Assembly: GCA_040954595.2 (NCBI GenBank)
Contig: CM082577.2
Span: 10,379,846-10,443,845 of the forward strand
Reading direction: 5' to 3'
Source of the DNA: Balanoglossus misakiensis
Taxonomy: Eukaryota > Animalia > Hemichordata
Length of the DNA: 64,000 bases
Shown here: piece by piece, positions 13,288 to 27,010 of the stretch
How positions within the stretch are numbered: the first letter of the stretch is position 1
Layout: each line of letters opens with the position of its first letter
Made by a program: the position numbers and the translations under genes
Notes under the pieces: generated by a model
The model's input: only the letters and a program-made list of their open reading frames with translations
What the model was told of the DNA's origin: nothing
Databases searched by the model: none

Positions 13288-14740
13288 GATGTATTGTGTA
13301 TTAATTACTGTACCCCTGCCTTGCTGTGTTGACCTGCGCGTATTAAGTCGTATTGACCTGATTGAGGTCATTTATGAAACATTATTGCCCTGCGCATCTG
13401 TGCACGCACAGCAGGCCACACACCATGAGCAAGGATTGGGACACGGCAAAAAAAATTGAGAGAAGAGTAAAAAAAATAATCAGGGTGTGATGACGTATTC
13501 AGTGTAAGAAAATAGAACATGAAATGATTATTGACCCGAAACTGGTCAAAGGTGTCGGCCATGCGGGAAGGTCATTAATGAGTTGTTATCGCCCTGCAAT
13601 GTGTTAGCTGTGTGTGCAACACAAATGTGAAATTAAAAAAAAAAACTCGCCTGCGTCATGGAGTGTTTCCCTAAACACTATCCGATGGACAGTCTGGAAG
13701 ATTTATTGCTTTATGGTTGACTGGTGACACTAGTTATCGAGAAACAAACAATTACTCTGGTTCTGACGTCTCGGCTTACTGGCCCGAAACTCTTGCAATG
13801 GTACCGGTGTCCATTGCACCCAGCCTTCAATACTATAGGCAGCGTGCTGTGATGTCACTCAGGGTGTGTGGAGTCAGAATTTAGAACAAGATAATCTTGC
13901 ATTTCGGCATTTTTTCTATTTTTTGTTTAGCTAAATGGATTGGTCGGTTTGTCTTTGCTTACTGTAATAAATTGAATTTTATTCCGTGGAAATATTTTGT
14001 ACAGTTGAACCAAATTTGCTTTGCATGACAACAAAACCCACCTGTCAGCTCATGTGAAACTCTACATTAAAGGTATACTATCACATATTCTGCGATTCAT
14101 TTTGGTTCATAGCAGACCTCTTTAACATAAAATATTGGTAAGCTTTAAAGTCAAAATCATTTGACTAATTTCATAATCATCATGTCAGAAATTAAAAATT
14201 ATCATTATCAGATTAATTTTGGAAAGACAACATGGATAAATTCACCCGCATGTGCTAATGGTAGAAACAAAGTTGCAGTCAATTTCACAATAAAGCGGTC
14301 TTTCAGGTGAACGAGATTGACACTGTACAAAGTGCATAAACGTTTTCATGAACTGACATTTACGCAGGGAAGAGATACAAAATTTATCAATGTCATTTTT
14401 TTCACAATCATGATATATTTAATAAAATGAAAGTAAGCCATGCCTCGTGTTGCAACAGCATTACATGGTCTTTGACATTTCCAATGAACGTTTTATTTTC
14501 TTTATGGCATGTAATTTTGTTAATTGATGTCTTTCTGCAGACCACGTTGGCATATCGAATGTAAAATGTGCAAAATGTCAAAAGTGACAGAAAGCGTGTA
14601 CAACTCCCACAGGGTGTCGCATCATCATCACGACCTTTGACCTGCACCTGGAACAGTCCATTACAACTGCTAAGGGGTGGACAGCACCTCTGATACAACA
14701 TTATGCAATAAACTGTTTCGAAAAGGATTTTACGTTTGAC
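13288..14740 (+). other. SPATA20: Probable SPATA20 3' UTR with candidate polyadenylation signals
   Basis: AATAAA occurs at 13966, 14289, 14421 and 14707. The last is followed by a T/GT-rich tract. The true 3' end cannot be fixed from sequence alone. Confidence 0.45.
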
Positions 14741-17700
14741 TTCTTTGAAATGTATTTTTTTTCTACCATACTATGTACATAGTGATACATCAATGTAAGG
14801 TATTTACAAATTGCTGCAACAGTAGCTTAATTATGGAAAGACTTAAATTAAGGTAAAGTCAAATATTTTTACAAAATAGTGAATATGTGGCTTTGAAAAG
14901 ATGTATTGATGTATGTATGCAGTTCAAACATTCTTACCTAGAAGGAATTAAGCTCTATTGAAGTCAGATACAAAAAAGATAATCCCAAATCTTCCAACAT
15001 TGATTAGTAAATCAACAAACACACACGCAGTGTGTCTTCATCACATGTTTTCAACGTTATTCATGTTACTGTTACCATGGTAACAGTTTAATTGGGTGCT
15101 TTCTTGGGATAATAAATTGCCAGCTTGAAACCAGACATGAATTTTGCCTCCATCAATTTTGTCCATTCTAGTTTTACTTTTCTTAAACTTGGTATAGGCA
15201 ACGAGATGGGGTTGAATTTGGAATCAGAATTAATTACCCCACAAAATGTACTCCCTCCACACATGGACTATGCAAAGAAGAAGCTGTCCTCAGTATTAAT
15301 CACACTACTGTTGACCCGAGTATTTAGCCAAAAACAAAGAATCCTCTCACGGAAGTTTGAAATGATGATGATGTGTGTGACCCAGACATGAGTTGGAAAA
15401 CATAAAAAATCCCTGGAATAAACACTGACAAACAGTGAAGAGTTTAATAGCCTCCGTTCAGTTTTGTTTTCCCCAGATTATATTGAAACTCGGGTATCTT
15501 GGGGGGAGGGGGGATCACCTAATCATTACCAGACACATTTGGAACTCTAATAATATAGTACAGTTAATAAATCACAACTTCAAGTCCAAGGAGAAGCCAG
15601 TCTGACTGTCCTCTAGGAGGAATTTTTGTGGTTTGGAAATTTGTCTGCCGTCAGCCTCCCTCGTCTCCTCTCGTTGGCTGCAATATACGATCCAAGGAGC
15701 ATTGCGGATTTTATTGCGTAGTTAATCATCCAACTGTCAGGGCCAATAAGTAACTCATCGTGTCGTCAAATTCTACTTTTAACGTCCGTGAGACCGTCAG
15801 TCCTCGACCATATGTAAACTTGTCGACAGATTTCTTAATTTTTTTGCCAACTTCCAAGGTTAATGACATACCTTTGACATTCCAACCACTTATTGACCCA
15901 AAACTGTCAGTTTCTGTCTAAACAGAATAAATGAAAGATGCGTCTCGAGGAGATCGGCGCTGGGCTGATAATTGGTTGACGGCTACTGCTTTAAACTGAA
16001 CTTGACTTGACTGAATGACATGCTAATTAGGGAAGATTGGTTCTGACAGGCCACAGTAAGGTTTCAATCAGACATCTTTCTCTGTCGAATATTCCATGCA
16101 GTTCCATTTATGTGGCAAGCCAGTGTTGTTCATCAGCAACAAGCCCCCCCCCCCTCTCCCCCTTGTAACTTTGAGGCCTATTCGCATGTTCCAGACAGAA
16201 ATATCAGACCGAAACATTTTGAAAATTAATGCAAATATTTTCTCACTGTACACACAGTCTGTCATGAAATAAGAAATTATTATAGTCCAAAAAACAAACA
16301 ACACAAAAATTACAATAAAAATACTAAGTGCTACTGGGAGGTCCCTTATACATACTGCGACATAAATCATGGTTTCGGGGGGTCATCTTCAGTACAACGA
16401 GTTCAGAGGTCACCGCGGAAAACCTATATTTTATCACCGAGTTTGTGTATTCTGGGTCAGTTTCTGCCGTGCCATCAAGGAGATCTTTTTACCATTTGTC
16501 ACTCCGCGATGGCTCAATTCATCACCACTGATACCGAGAGAAAAAAATTCCATTCCTAATTTCAGCCACTTGTAAACCGTCATCCATCAATTTCCACGTT
16601 TCCCCTCCTCTTGAAAAAAAACAACAATCCAAAAGTGTTTTGACCTCTTTATTCCTGTATTTATGATAAAGATCAGCTTTAGACATCAACGATAGTATAA
16701 ATATAGACGGAAACTTCTGTCGGGACGAGGAACGCCACGACTGTTGAATGAAAAAACAAAAGAGCAACGGTTGTTTCCAGAGAGTTCTGGCTATAACAGT
16801 GTGGACAGCTCTTTCAATTTATGACTGACTTTGTGATCTCTCCCCATCCACAGCAGACAGCAACACTTTCCAGTTCAAAAGTGTTTGCCAGCGAGTAACC
16901 CAACCCACCATAATACACTACTGGGACAGAACAGTTCATAAAAGATATTAAAAAAGCTATGTCACTGTCGATGTCACCTTCAGAGAAATATCACAATATC
17001 AGAGTGTTACAGGGCAAAAATCACCATCTTTGTGTTACAGATCCATTAGCTGTATTAAACTTCTTGGTATGTTTCAAGTAATCTTGTTCGAGTTCTGTAC
17101 GTTGAGAACAGGTAACTTTTAGAAACATCTGAACTGTAACTGTACCAAGTTTCAAAGAGTTGCAGTGAACTGGTGCCCATACTGTCTAAATGGAATCATT
17201 TATTCTTTCAGAATAGAAAGTGATTAAATTACCTACAATATGTATTTTTGTGATGTCCATAACATAAAAAGAACATACACAAGTTGTCCTGTCAAAGCAC
17301 ATTTTTTGGAAATCTCGCGAGATCACCTATTGTGCCAAGGTATGAAGATAACCCATCATACCTTGCACGGTGATGGAAAGCGACGTGCGATTGGAGAACT
17401 CTAGACATCTGTCTTTTTGAGCTGACGTCGGGAATTACTTGAAGAGGTTTCAGGCTGCGATCTACCCCGGTTGTCAGACGCACTGGCAGACATCGGTGCT
17501 CACAGATGGCAGAGGTGTTAACAAGGCACTTTCTGATTGTGTTCGAGAGATTTATGACCATTTAGGAGAGAAAAACACCAAAACATCGTGACCCCTGAAA
17601 ATATTCCTAATAGAGGTTTAATTGATTTGAGAGCCGGACAAGAAAAAAACCGTCTGCCATATGACTTTATAAGTGCAAAGGCTCAAATTCCTGATGGGAA

Positions 17701-18287
17701 AGCATATAAATCATAGCTTTAAACAAACAATTCACTATTCGCCGTTTTGTACAATTAATAAAAAAATATCACCATGGACGGCAAACGTTTCCCCATAAAT
17801 ATATAAAATTATAAGGAATGTGACAAGAGTCTTGGAAACAAAATGATGACCTCTGCTCCATCAGGTTTTGATCTCGTCAAAGTACTCAAAACTGATATTT
17901 ATTTTTCCTCAAATGGATAAAAGCAGTCATGTTATAACTTTTATGTCGTAAAATATTCAATTCTGTTATTTCAGTGTTGAAGAAGGGGGGGGGGGGCATG
18001 CATTATTGAAGTGACGTGCACACAAATTAAATATACAGGCAAAGCTGTGCGTGTGTCATAATCCCCCTGAAAAGCATGAAAATGCAACTAGGAGTATCAT
18101 ATGTTACAAAAGATTAACTTGCTGCTCAGTAGTTTTATCTGATCAGTGTTTCATCTTTATTTCATGCATGTTTTTCGTTTTGAGATTAGAGTGCATCTTT
18201 AAACTGTTTCCAATTTGCCATATTCAGGGGGTGATTTACTTGAAAATCATCATGTCCACAACCTAAACTGTTTTCTATTAATATTGT

Positions 18288-18366
<79 letters not shown>
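18288..18366. repeat. Perfect (ATC) microsatellite, about 26 units
   Basis: Read directly from the sequence. It explains the poly-His ORF at 18215. Confidence 0.97.
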
Positions 18367-20824
18367 CCTCACAAAGAAGAAATGCTTTCAAGTGGTGCTA
18401 ATTTTGTGGAATCTCTCCCCAAACTTCATCCGTGATTATTTCAGTTAGTACCAAACTGACAAGCCAGGAAGCTGAATATCTCTGGGTTAAAAGTATCACT
18501 ATCACTATCACTATCACTATCTTTAATATGGACTACTTCTTGCGTTACAACTTTCACTGATAATTCTGCTACCCATTGTAATGATTTTCGAGAACCCGAA
18601 TTTTGAGCAGCTTAACACGTGGACACAGCCCGGAATGTACATGTACTTGTAACTATGTTGTCCCAGTCTTTTCGAACAACAGTTTGGGTCTGTTGTTTGG
18701 GTCGAAATTTGCCGCAATTTAGCATTTATTCTCTTCTGTTTGGTTTGGTTTGCAATACAAAAATGTTAGTGGACAAAATTTATTTAAAAAGTCTTTGAAC
18801 AAAGCAATAAAAAGAAAGTGATGGTTTAACTGAAAAACAACATTACTACCTGCATGCATCTCGTTTGACGTACAGTACAGAGGTTAACATTAAATAACAT
18901 TGCACAGTCGATGCAGACACAGATACAGAAAGATGACTGGCCCAGTTTCTGGTCGTTCCTATGGTAACTGTCTCGTGAGGGATGATGCCAACGCACTTTT
19001 TTCTAAATTAATTCGCCCAGGATCGGCACGGCTATTAGCAGGGCAACTAATCACAGCAGATCCAAGGCTGCTTCAGATTGATCTCGTTTTGATGACCAAA
19101 AACGTCGAACAGGGAGTCGTTTGTGGTCGTTTTGATAGGGACGGGGGCAGTGGGCTGGGAGAAAGGTCACCGCGAGGTCACCATCAACGGTGAGCGATTC
19201 CTCCAAGAAACCAAGCAAGCTGCAAAACTAATTGCCGGTAATTTATCGACCGGCGGAATATAGCTCGGGTTGGAATTGGGTTAATTCCTTCATCATCCAG
19301 TGCTGGTTAAGGGGAATCACATTACGCGATCTGGGCCTACTATATACACGACACCAGGAAAGCAATCATGCAGACGGCAATAACTGCAAGTAATCAGCCC
19401 CGTTTATCCAAAGCATAACCGGTTACACTACTGGGGCGATTGAAAATCAACATAAAATGCTTGTTTCAATAGATATGATTATTTTCATCTTTCAAGACTC
19501 GTGTTTCGCTCGCTTGAACGACGTTAACTTTTCCAAACGTAGCCTGTGCTGCAGTAGGCCATAAGTAGATATTTTAAAGATCAACATCTCTTTGAATGTA
19601 TCACGTACAGATCTGTTGTTATGACGACCAAGTTCAACAGAGGGGTGCCGTCGGTTGTTCTGGCGTCAAACCAACAGATGCCAAAATATTTCTTTGGCTT
19701 TCAGTCAGTATCGCCGTTAAAGATGGGATGAGAAACTTTACCGAAGCACCGTTAAATGCCGATGATCGTCTTATACGCATGTGCGTAAATTCATGTGTAC
19801 AAACATTTAATACGTCCAACTCAAATGTTCAGCAAATTTTGTGTTCGAACAATTCAAATAGTGGACTGCCTTCGCTTCCTTCCATATTTCATTTGCACCG
19901 TATATAAAACAGGCTTTGGTTTTTCCCTTCTTTTCACCAAATTTGCTGAATTTCCCGATCTCCGACACTGATATTGCTGTCCATCTTGTCTGTTGTTAGG
20001 ACAGCACACCGCCTTGACTGTACATCACATTTTTGTAAGCAGAGTCTCTGGTTTGGCACATGCGCGTATAAAGACGATCGTCGCCCTTTAACCGACAACC
20101 CTTCATCACGACAGATTCAAATTTTAAATCATAAGGACAAAATCCGGGATGTAAAACGTGGAGTGAGTGGGCAAGGATTTGGAATCACAGATGTCAAATT
20201 CGAAATATGATATTCTAGTAAGACAGTACCGTTGTAGGCCTATATGCTGTAAGTTGCATTTATAATTCATTACAAGGATTTGTTGTGTATGTTTGTATTT
20301 GCGCCAAACTTCCTTCGCCCACGGCTAATATACAAGGACCAATTTGTGTTTATTGGGTGGGGGCGTATTCCCGGAGTGACGCAAACTGTATATCTGACAC
20401 ATAAAATGTTCAAGTAAATAATTATGTACTCCTGAAATCCCTGTTTATTAAGTGCAACTTCAGAGCAGGGACACATTTTTAGAGAAAAACATCGATTTCT
20501 TGGCCCAAAACGTTTCAGTTCAGTGCCAAAAGACGTTCCAGTTTGCGAGGAACGAATTTGAAAACTACAAGTACATTTGTATTGTGTTAGGTCGATACAT
20601 TACATTCACGAAGATCAGTTGTATAAAACGCAAAACACTGAACGGGCAGGCCATTTATTTTTTTAAGTTGCATATCATTGAATCTATTTTGTAGAGTTTT
20701 CAGAAGGTGTTTCAATATATGAAGAAAGACATAAGGGTGGAAATGGAAGAAAATAAACATTAGGCACAACAAATCACTACTATCTAGCTTTCCTGCATGA
20801 AATGCGAAATTGTTCCACTTTTAC

Positions 20825-21190
20825 GGGGAATGCGCACAGCCGACGTGACGTCATCACACGTGCGTAGCCAATCCGGGAGATGGCCCACTGTGCGGTTCAT
20901 GTGCGTGAATGAGATTGTAGGCCCGCCATAAAACTGGCTTCAGATAGGAAGTGGAAATACCAGTCAGTCCGAAGTAGTTGCGAGGGCAAGGCCGCTACAT
21001 CATCGGGCATTACTTTTACGCGAAATTGTTTCGTGTGGGAAGTTATTCTTATAAGTTCGTCGGCCGGCTGTCGAAGATTTTTTCTCGTAAACATGGCACG
21101 CAAATGTTTGCGTTACTTATGCACGGTGCGCGCCAGAAATTTTTTGCTGAAGTATTTGCATTTATATACATCAACACGCGTATATAAGTG
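20825..21190. promoter_or_regulatory. Promoter/enhancer-like motif cluster
   Basis: TGCGCA (20831), CRE TGACGTCA (20846-20853), E-box CACGTG (20857-20862) and CCAAT (20868-20872) lie within about 45 bp. CCGCCAT and GGAAGTG follow, in a CpG-rich context. Confidence 0.45.
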
Positions 21191-22398
21191 TCAGTTTAGT
21201 TCCAGCAACCAGACGAAACATCGGTAGTTTAGAAAAGAGAACTTATAAGTTAACAACAATGATTTGCCAGGAGTTAAAACTTGTTGATCGTGAGTTACTT
21301 CCACCAAAAGCGCCCTTTTTGTCAGGTTTCGTATATCGAATCTCTAGTTATCTGTGTAAAAGAAAAAAAGTTACTCTCCCACAGGGAATTTCACTAATGT
21401 ACTAAGACAGAATTTATTAATTTTTGAACAATATTATCGCTGCGAATTTTTAGATCGATAGAGTATCGCTGTAAAATCTAACCCTACCTATACAATGTAA
21501 GTATATAACATCACAACATCTTACCCCATTCCACATCATTGAAATCCCAATATCTATCGGTCGCATTTCCCGTTTGTGATGCGACGTAACGAGTGAACTT
21601 CGTACAGCGAAGGCTGGTCACGCGATTTTATGGCGCGATACTGGAAGTATTTTGCTCACAAAGCATGCAAAGCGCGCCTTTAATAGCTGTTGATTATTGG
21701 CGAATGTTGTTTCATCAAAAGACTACACGGAATCTCAGGTGAAGTTTTCCGATGGGGATACGAATCTCTTTAACCGTTGCGAATCAAAACACATTCACTC
21801 TGGCGAGGGACCTTCTGTATTACAAAGTTAATTGAACCACGTTTCCGTTCAGCCAGTGTATATAGGTTGTATTGTGCATTGTTTGAATTTTGGGTACGGA
21901 CTTCAAGTTTGCAAGCCTTTAGGCTTTTAAAAGAATGATCATGGCTACCATAACCATTCAAGTATCTAATGCTTGCGAGAAACTTAGTTCCTAACAGTGC
22001 ACGAGAGAATACCTCATGCGCGCAAAAATGCCAAGCCAGTACAGTTAAACACAAACGAGTATAACCGGGTCTTTAATTGGGTTGTCAACAATAACGGTGC
22101 GTTTTATACGTCATGAAGCCTAATTGAACGCGCCAAGGTCCGCTGTTACTCACCTTCGTACGGGGAACTTTAAAGCCGGATACAGGTATGGGCGTTTCAA
22201 AACACATTGTGGAGTGGGACGATGATGGAGCTAGCGCGTACAATGATATTGAATATTTTCAAAGCCACAATCTTCAATCCTAATTCTCGTACCAGTAATT
22301 GCGACGTTGCTGTGATAAAAAAACGCGCCTTTATTAACAGTTACCTCTGATTGTCAAATGGACGATATCAGTCAATTGACACCTGTAAGATCAACGGT

Positions 22399-22492
22399 AG
22401 TCTAGAATCCAGAAGCGGGTACCGGTGTTTTTTTCCGCTGTAGTGCTCCACACAGGATAGCGAAAAACAAACGCGAGTCTGGATTCTAGACT
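22399..22492. mobile_element. 94-bp element with a perfect 15-bp terminal inverted repeat (probable MITE; superfamily uncertain)
   Basis: AGTCTAGAATCCAGA (22399-22413) and TCTGGATTCTAGACT (22478-22492). I see no clear target duplication and only one copy in the window. Confidence 0.55.
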
Positions 22493-25400
22493 GTACCAAC
22501 GGACGTATTAGCTCTGCGTGGCAGGGCTGTGTACAAAGTAAACAAAAAAACAGGAAAACATTTTTAAAATACCAATAAAATTATGAAACTACTAACTACG
22601 GACGTATCAGCATGCCCTGGGAATGGAACACACGGAACATTGTTAATTCTAAACCAAGAAAAAGGCAAGAAATAGTCAATGTTTCTGTATGAAATCTGTA
22701 AATGTGCTTGTAGGTCAAGGCTTATTCCCCTTGGCCCTGGATTGACGTTATGTCTTCGGCAAGAGAGACTGTAACACGATTACCCGTTCTTTTTTGGTTA
22801 AACTTCTGTTTAGGATTGGGTCAAGGTTGAGTTTCTGGAAGTGGTGTCAATGACAGAGACACAGAAGAGGTACAGAAGTTGTATTACTCGGTTAACTTCT
22901 GTGTAATTCAAGTGGATTAATCATTAAAATTTCAATAGTTAAAGAAAAACATGACCCTGTGGTTGCATTTGGGAAAAAACAATCACGCGTATATATATAC
23001 CGCATGCTGTCTACGTCTCTATGGTGACAACTTAATCATGAGCTAATCAAGTTATATATACATAGCAGGTCTTTTGTCGGGGATAATTGAGTCGTTGTGA
23101 CGGATTCTGCGCCCCCCCCCCCCGATATGATTTGTCTCGCCTGTGCTTCATACGGGGGGGGGGGGGTCACATCTTGTTGATAACGGCGATAACATGACGA
23201 GAGCCAGCGATGACGTAGTGTCGGCCGGTGCTAATACATATTGAGTTTACCGATATTGTCTCCTATTAAACGCAGACCTAAAGTACTTGTTATAAATAAT
23301 TATTCAGTCCTGTTATTTCAGGAAAAACACGACTTGAACTATTCAAAGTACGATATAGTACGAAAATATTGTTCTCTCCGCACAAAAATGACTTGATCAA
23401 CAGTATTGAAATAGGACATAAACTTCGTCACTTCCAACAATCTATTCAGAAAAAAATCACGAAAACAATTTAAGTCTTTCCTCAGACGATTGGCGTGATA
23501 AGATGACGTCGTTCCGGTATATATTCTTTTTACCAAACAGCCATAACCTTCGTGGAAGCTGGTAAAAAACACACACGAACTGTGCAGAGTGTTTTAATGT
23601 TGATGAACAGGTGTCTGTGGGACTGTTACATGGATAACCTTTGCCCGAACACAGAGAAGAGCGCGCAATGCCTATCTTGTCAAGGTATACCAACAGTTGT
23701 ATACAACTACCAGAAATAATAACACTATACAGAAGATGGTTATTTGCCATGTATACATGTATGTATGCATGTTTTACTGTGCATGTAGATGAACCGGTAC
23801 GGTGAGAAAACAGGCCAAGTTTAATTTATATTCGGTGGTACGACAAGAGTTAATTTTAAAGTGGACGCTTCTTTAAAGAGAGATATTTGACTATGGACTT
23901 GTGTCGACCTCTCACGGTGCAGCAGTCTTCATACTTCTTGGTCGGACAAATAAGACTCCAGTCCGATCTGTCTTCGATTGCGCAGAAGGCCAAATATATT
24001 TTACTCTCTGGAAGAATCGTTAAATTTTACTTTCAAGGGCGAGGAGTTCTAAATGCACAGTTTCACCAGTCTGTGAGGTCAGCCTGAGCAATAGACGGGT
24101 AATTTGGTCCAAATTTTCCCCTTCATGTGAAAATAATACGAGTATACTAATATTTTCCAACATAGGGAGATTTGGATCCACCTTCACGAGTCCACAGACG
24201 CTGCGAAATGGTTCTGCGTGTAAGAAAACCCCCTTTTCGTTATTGAATAAATATAACATAAGTTGATGAACATTCATATGTTGTCACCCCATCTAAACCA
24301 TTCCTTCAAAAATTAATGTTGTTGTTGTAACTTATATCAATGATGGATAACAAAAAAATGGATAATGATGCCGTTTTTTTGCATAAACCTTAAAGTTCCG
24401 GAAATGATGGAAAAGATGCTGTCATTGTGTGCGTCACTTTATTGTTGCACTGGCTACTCGCACACAGGTAAAAACCTAGGTAAGCAAAAAACGGGGTAGC
24501 TTGTTTTGAATCACAACATCTCTCCAGAAGCCCCATCACAGCTGAACGCAAATTAGGCCAATGTCTTTAAGGATGTATGTTTTCGGATGGTTACGTGGGT
24601 ATACGTCACAAGTCATGCTATACGCGTATAATGGTTCCAAGGTGACAAGCGGCTATTATATGACGTTTTGTCTTGTTTTTCTTTCAGTGCTTAGACCTGT
24701 AGGTGACTCAATAAATTGAATAACAACAACAACGATGACACTATAACTATGATCCCGAGCTATTTAGCATTATTTTAAAACTGTCCTGGGAAAAAAGGCG
24801 TGACTCCCGACATAAACGAAAGAAACGTTTGCGTATGCCGCTCTGCGCTTTGAATGGGATATCTGGCGCGATCAAACGGTAATCTTATACACGCAAAGAA
24901 CCCGACAAAGGGTTTGTTTTGGGATTAATATTGGTCACGTGCTCTCGTATCGCCACCTCCATGCAAAAAGCCACCTAAAATCACAAAAACAAAACAGAAC
25001 GAAAATTCAACTGAATCATACTCGACGCATTATTCGTTTGCGCCAGATTGCAACCCACTGATATCGACCGGGGCAATATTTGTCATACCCAATAGATTTA
25101 TGATGAAAACCACGTCCTTCTCAAATACATACATCACGGTCTACTGGAAGAATCCGATACACGAAGTGCTTTCAAAATATTGTATTTTTTCGGACAAGAA
25201 TCGCATGTGGCCTAATGTAGCGGAACTAAAGGCATGGCCTTGGGGGGGGGGGGGGACCTTATCTGTCCATTGTATGTATGCGATGATTAAAAATCGGGTA
25301 AATGATTGATTTTTGCACATGATCGATTGAAACGATTCTCTCGCCATGCCCTAGGCCTGTTTAAAAATATTACCGCTATCGTTTACATGTAATTCTCTCA

Positions 25401-25599
25401 CAAAGAATCCGTTTGCAACTCTCGTTTTTTTTTTCTTGCTAAGAAAAAGAGAAATTATTTCAGATTAGACGCTGGGCCCCGCCCTGGATCGTGTATGTAA
25501 CTTGAAGATATGAAAAAGTTCGGCACGAATCAGATTTTAAAAATTAACGTTGATTTTGTTTTCCCTCTTTGGATACTGTGCGTCAATCCAAGCATTACT

Positions 25600-26637
25600 A
25601 ATATATGCAGTCCATCTTACGCATCGATCGACCCATTCAAGTCACGTGGGAAAAGTGAAAGGCAGCGATTTGTGATCCTCAGACACGGCTTTTTCTGTCT
25701 GGTGACAACATACAGTTCCTTCTCCAACATCTACGAATAAAATTAACTATTAAAATCAAAATCAAAGTGGATGTACCCGTATGGTTCATCGGGAATTATA
25801 CAGCTTGCGACCAGACGCATTTTTGTTTAAATTTCCGTCTGCAATACGGTTCAGTTCTTATATACTGTAAGCGTCAGCACACCCCTGTCGCGCGAGTGGT
25901 TTGTCCCGTATAGCAGGAGTGTGTTACCAAATATCTGCCAGTCGCCGTACTGTTTCTTTTTCTGTGGTACTGCATTTGTTTTCAGGTAAAGACTTTGGCC
26001 CAAACGGTGGCGATTTCGACCCACATCGCGATCTGATTTGGACAAAACCGTACTGGATTGTTATTTTGTTATCAGTGCAGCACAGCGATGGATCTTTTAC
26101 AGCGACGGGGAAATGTCTAACGCGTGAAATTCGTCAGCGGAGACTGACCGGTGCTTGTGCTTGTGTGGCGATCGTCATCATCAACACTGCGTTTTCACCG
26201 GTGACGCTTCTCATCATACGTTTTATACACACACAGCGCGGGTTCGCCGATCGCAGGCCATCTGCCTGAGCTTGTTTGGGAGAAAAAATAAGCTCGAATT
26301 TCCGTTAGGGGGCTAGCTGTTATTCATTGCAAAAGCAGTTCGGTATATTCTGGAAAGAGCCCAACCAAAGCAGGAGGAAAGTGAGTATTTACGGAGGTAT
26401 CTCTCTGGCGGAGGAAAATTTGCGTGGGTTTTTGTATATATGTATGTTGTAGAGCCGAGGTCTTTTTTCAAGTCGTATACATATGTTCTCCGTATCTCGA
26501 ATCAAGCACCGCTCTGATCATCATGTTGTCTGTATCTGATGAAGGCGCGACGACAACAACAAGGCTGGAGAAATATGGCGTAGGTTTTCACCATCTTCAC
26601 TTACAATCGTGTTAGAAATTAAGTCGAGACCATCATC
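25600..26637 (+). promoter_or_regulatory. CpG-rich promoter / 5' leader region of Cav3
   Basis: CG dinucleotides are visibly dense just upstream of the start codon and continue into intron 1 (to about 27600). The boundaries are approximate. Confidence 0.5.
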
Positions 26638-26999
26638 ATGGCGGAGGAGTCTAGTGGGGATATTCGCAGGACGGCCCCGCCGGAGGAGGAGGAGAGAATC
26701 GGCCGGGGGGATAGTGCCACGTCTTTGCGCTGCAGCAGCAGTCAGGATAATAATTCTGAGAGGACCGAGCGCGGAACGGGAGCAGCAACCCGCAGGAGGG
26801 TGGATGTGGAGGAGAGTACTAATAATTCGCAAAGCGAGGACCCCGACAACAGCGTGAACGAAGACGGCGAGGGCGGAGACGATGGGGAGGACGAGGAGGA
26901 GAGCGACTTGCCATACCCTGGCCTTGTCGACAAAGCCTTCTTCTTCCTGAAACAAACTCATTACCCGCGATACTGGTGCATCCAGCTGATTTGTTGGCC
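26638..26999 (+). CDS. First coding exon of a T-type voltage-gated calcium channel alpha-1 subunit (Cav3; CACNA1G/H/I-like), cytoplasmic N-terminus
   Basis: An acidic low-complexity N-terminus is followed by LPYPGLVDKAFFFLKQTHYPRYWCIQLICWP, which matches the Cav3 pre-IS1 motif (human Cav3.1 [31 protein letters not shown], from memory). The ATG is in strong Kozak context (ATCATGG) with an in-frame TAA at 26620. The 362-nt exon ends in phase 2 within the Pro codon, at a U12-type donor. Confidence 0.93.
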
Positions 27000-27010
27000 A
27001 TATCCTTTTT
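27000..27010 (+). other. U12-type (AT-AC) 5' splice site of Cav3 intron 1
   Basis: The sequence CC|ATATCCTTTTT matches the U12 donor consensus RTATCCTTT exactly where similarity to Cav3 stops. Confidence 0.9.

Noticed and set aside
13021-13371. 116-aa minus-strand ORF
   Set aside because: It is the antisense shadow of the SPATA20 exon.
18215-18448. Poly-histidine ORF
   Set aside because: It is the translation of the (ATC)n microsatellite.
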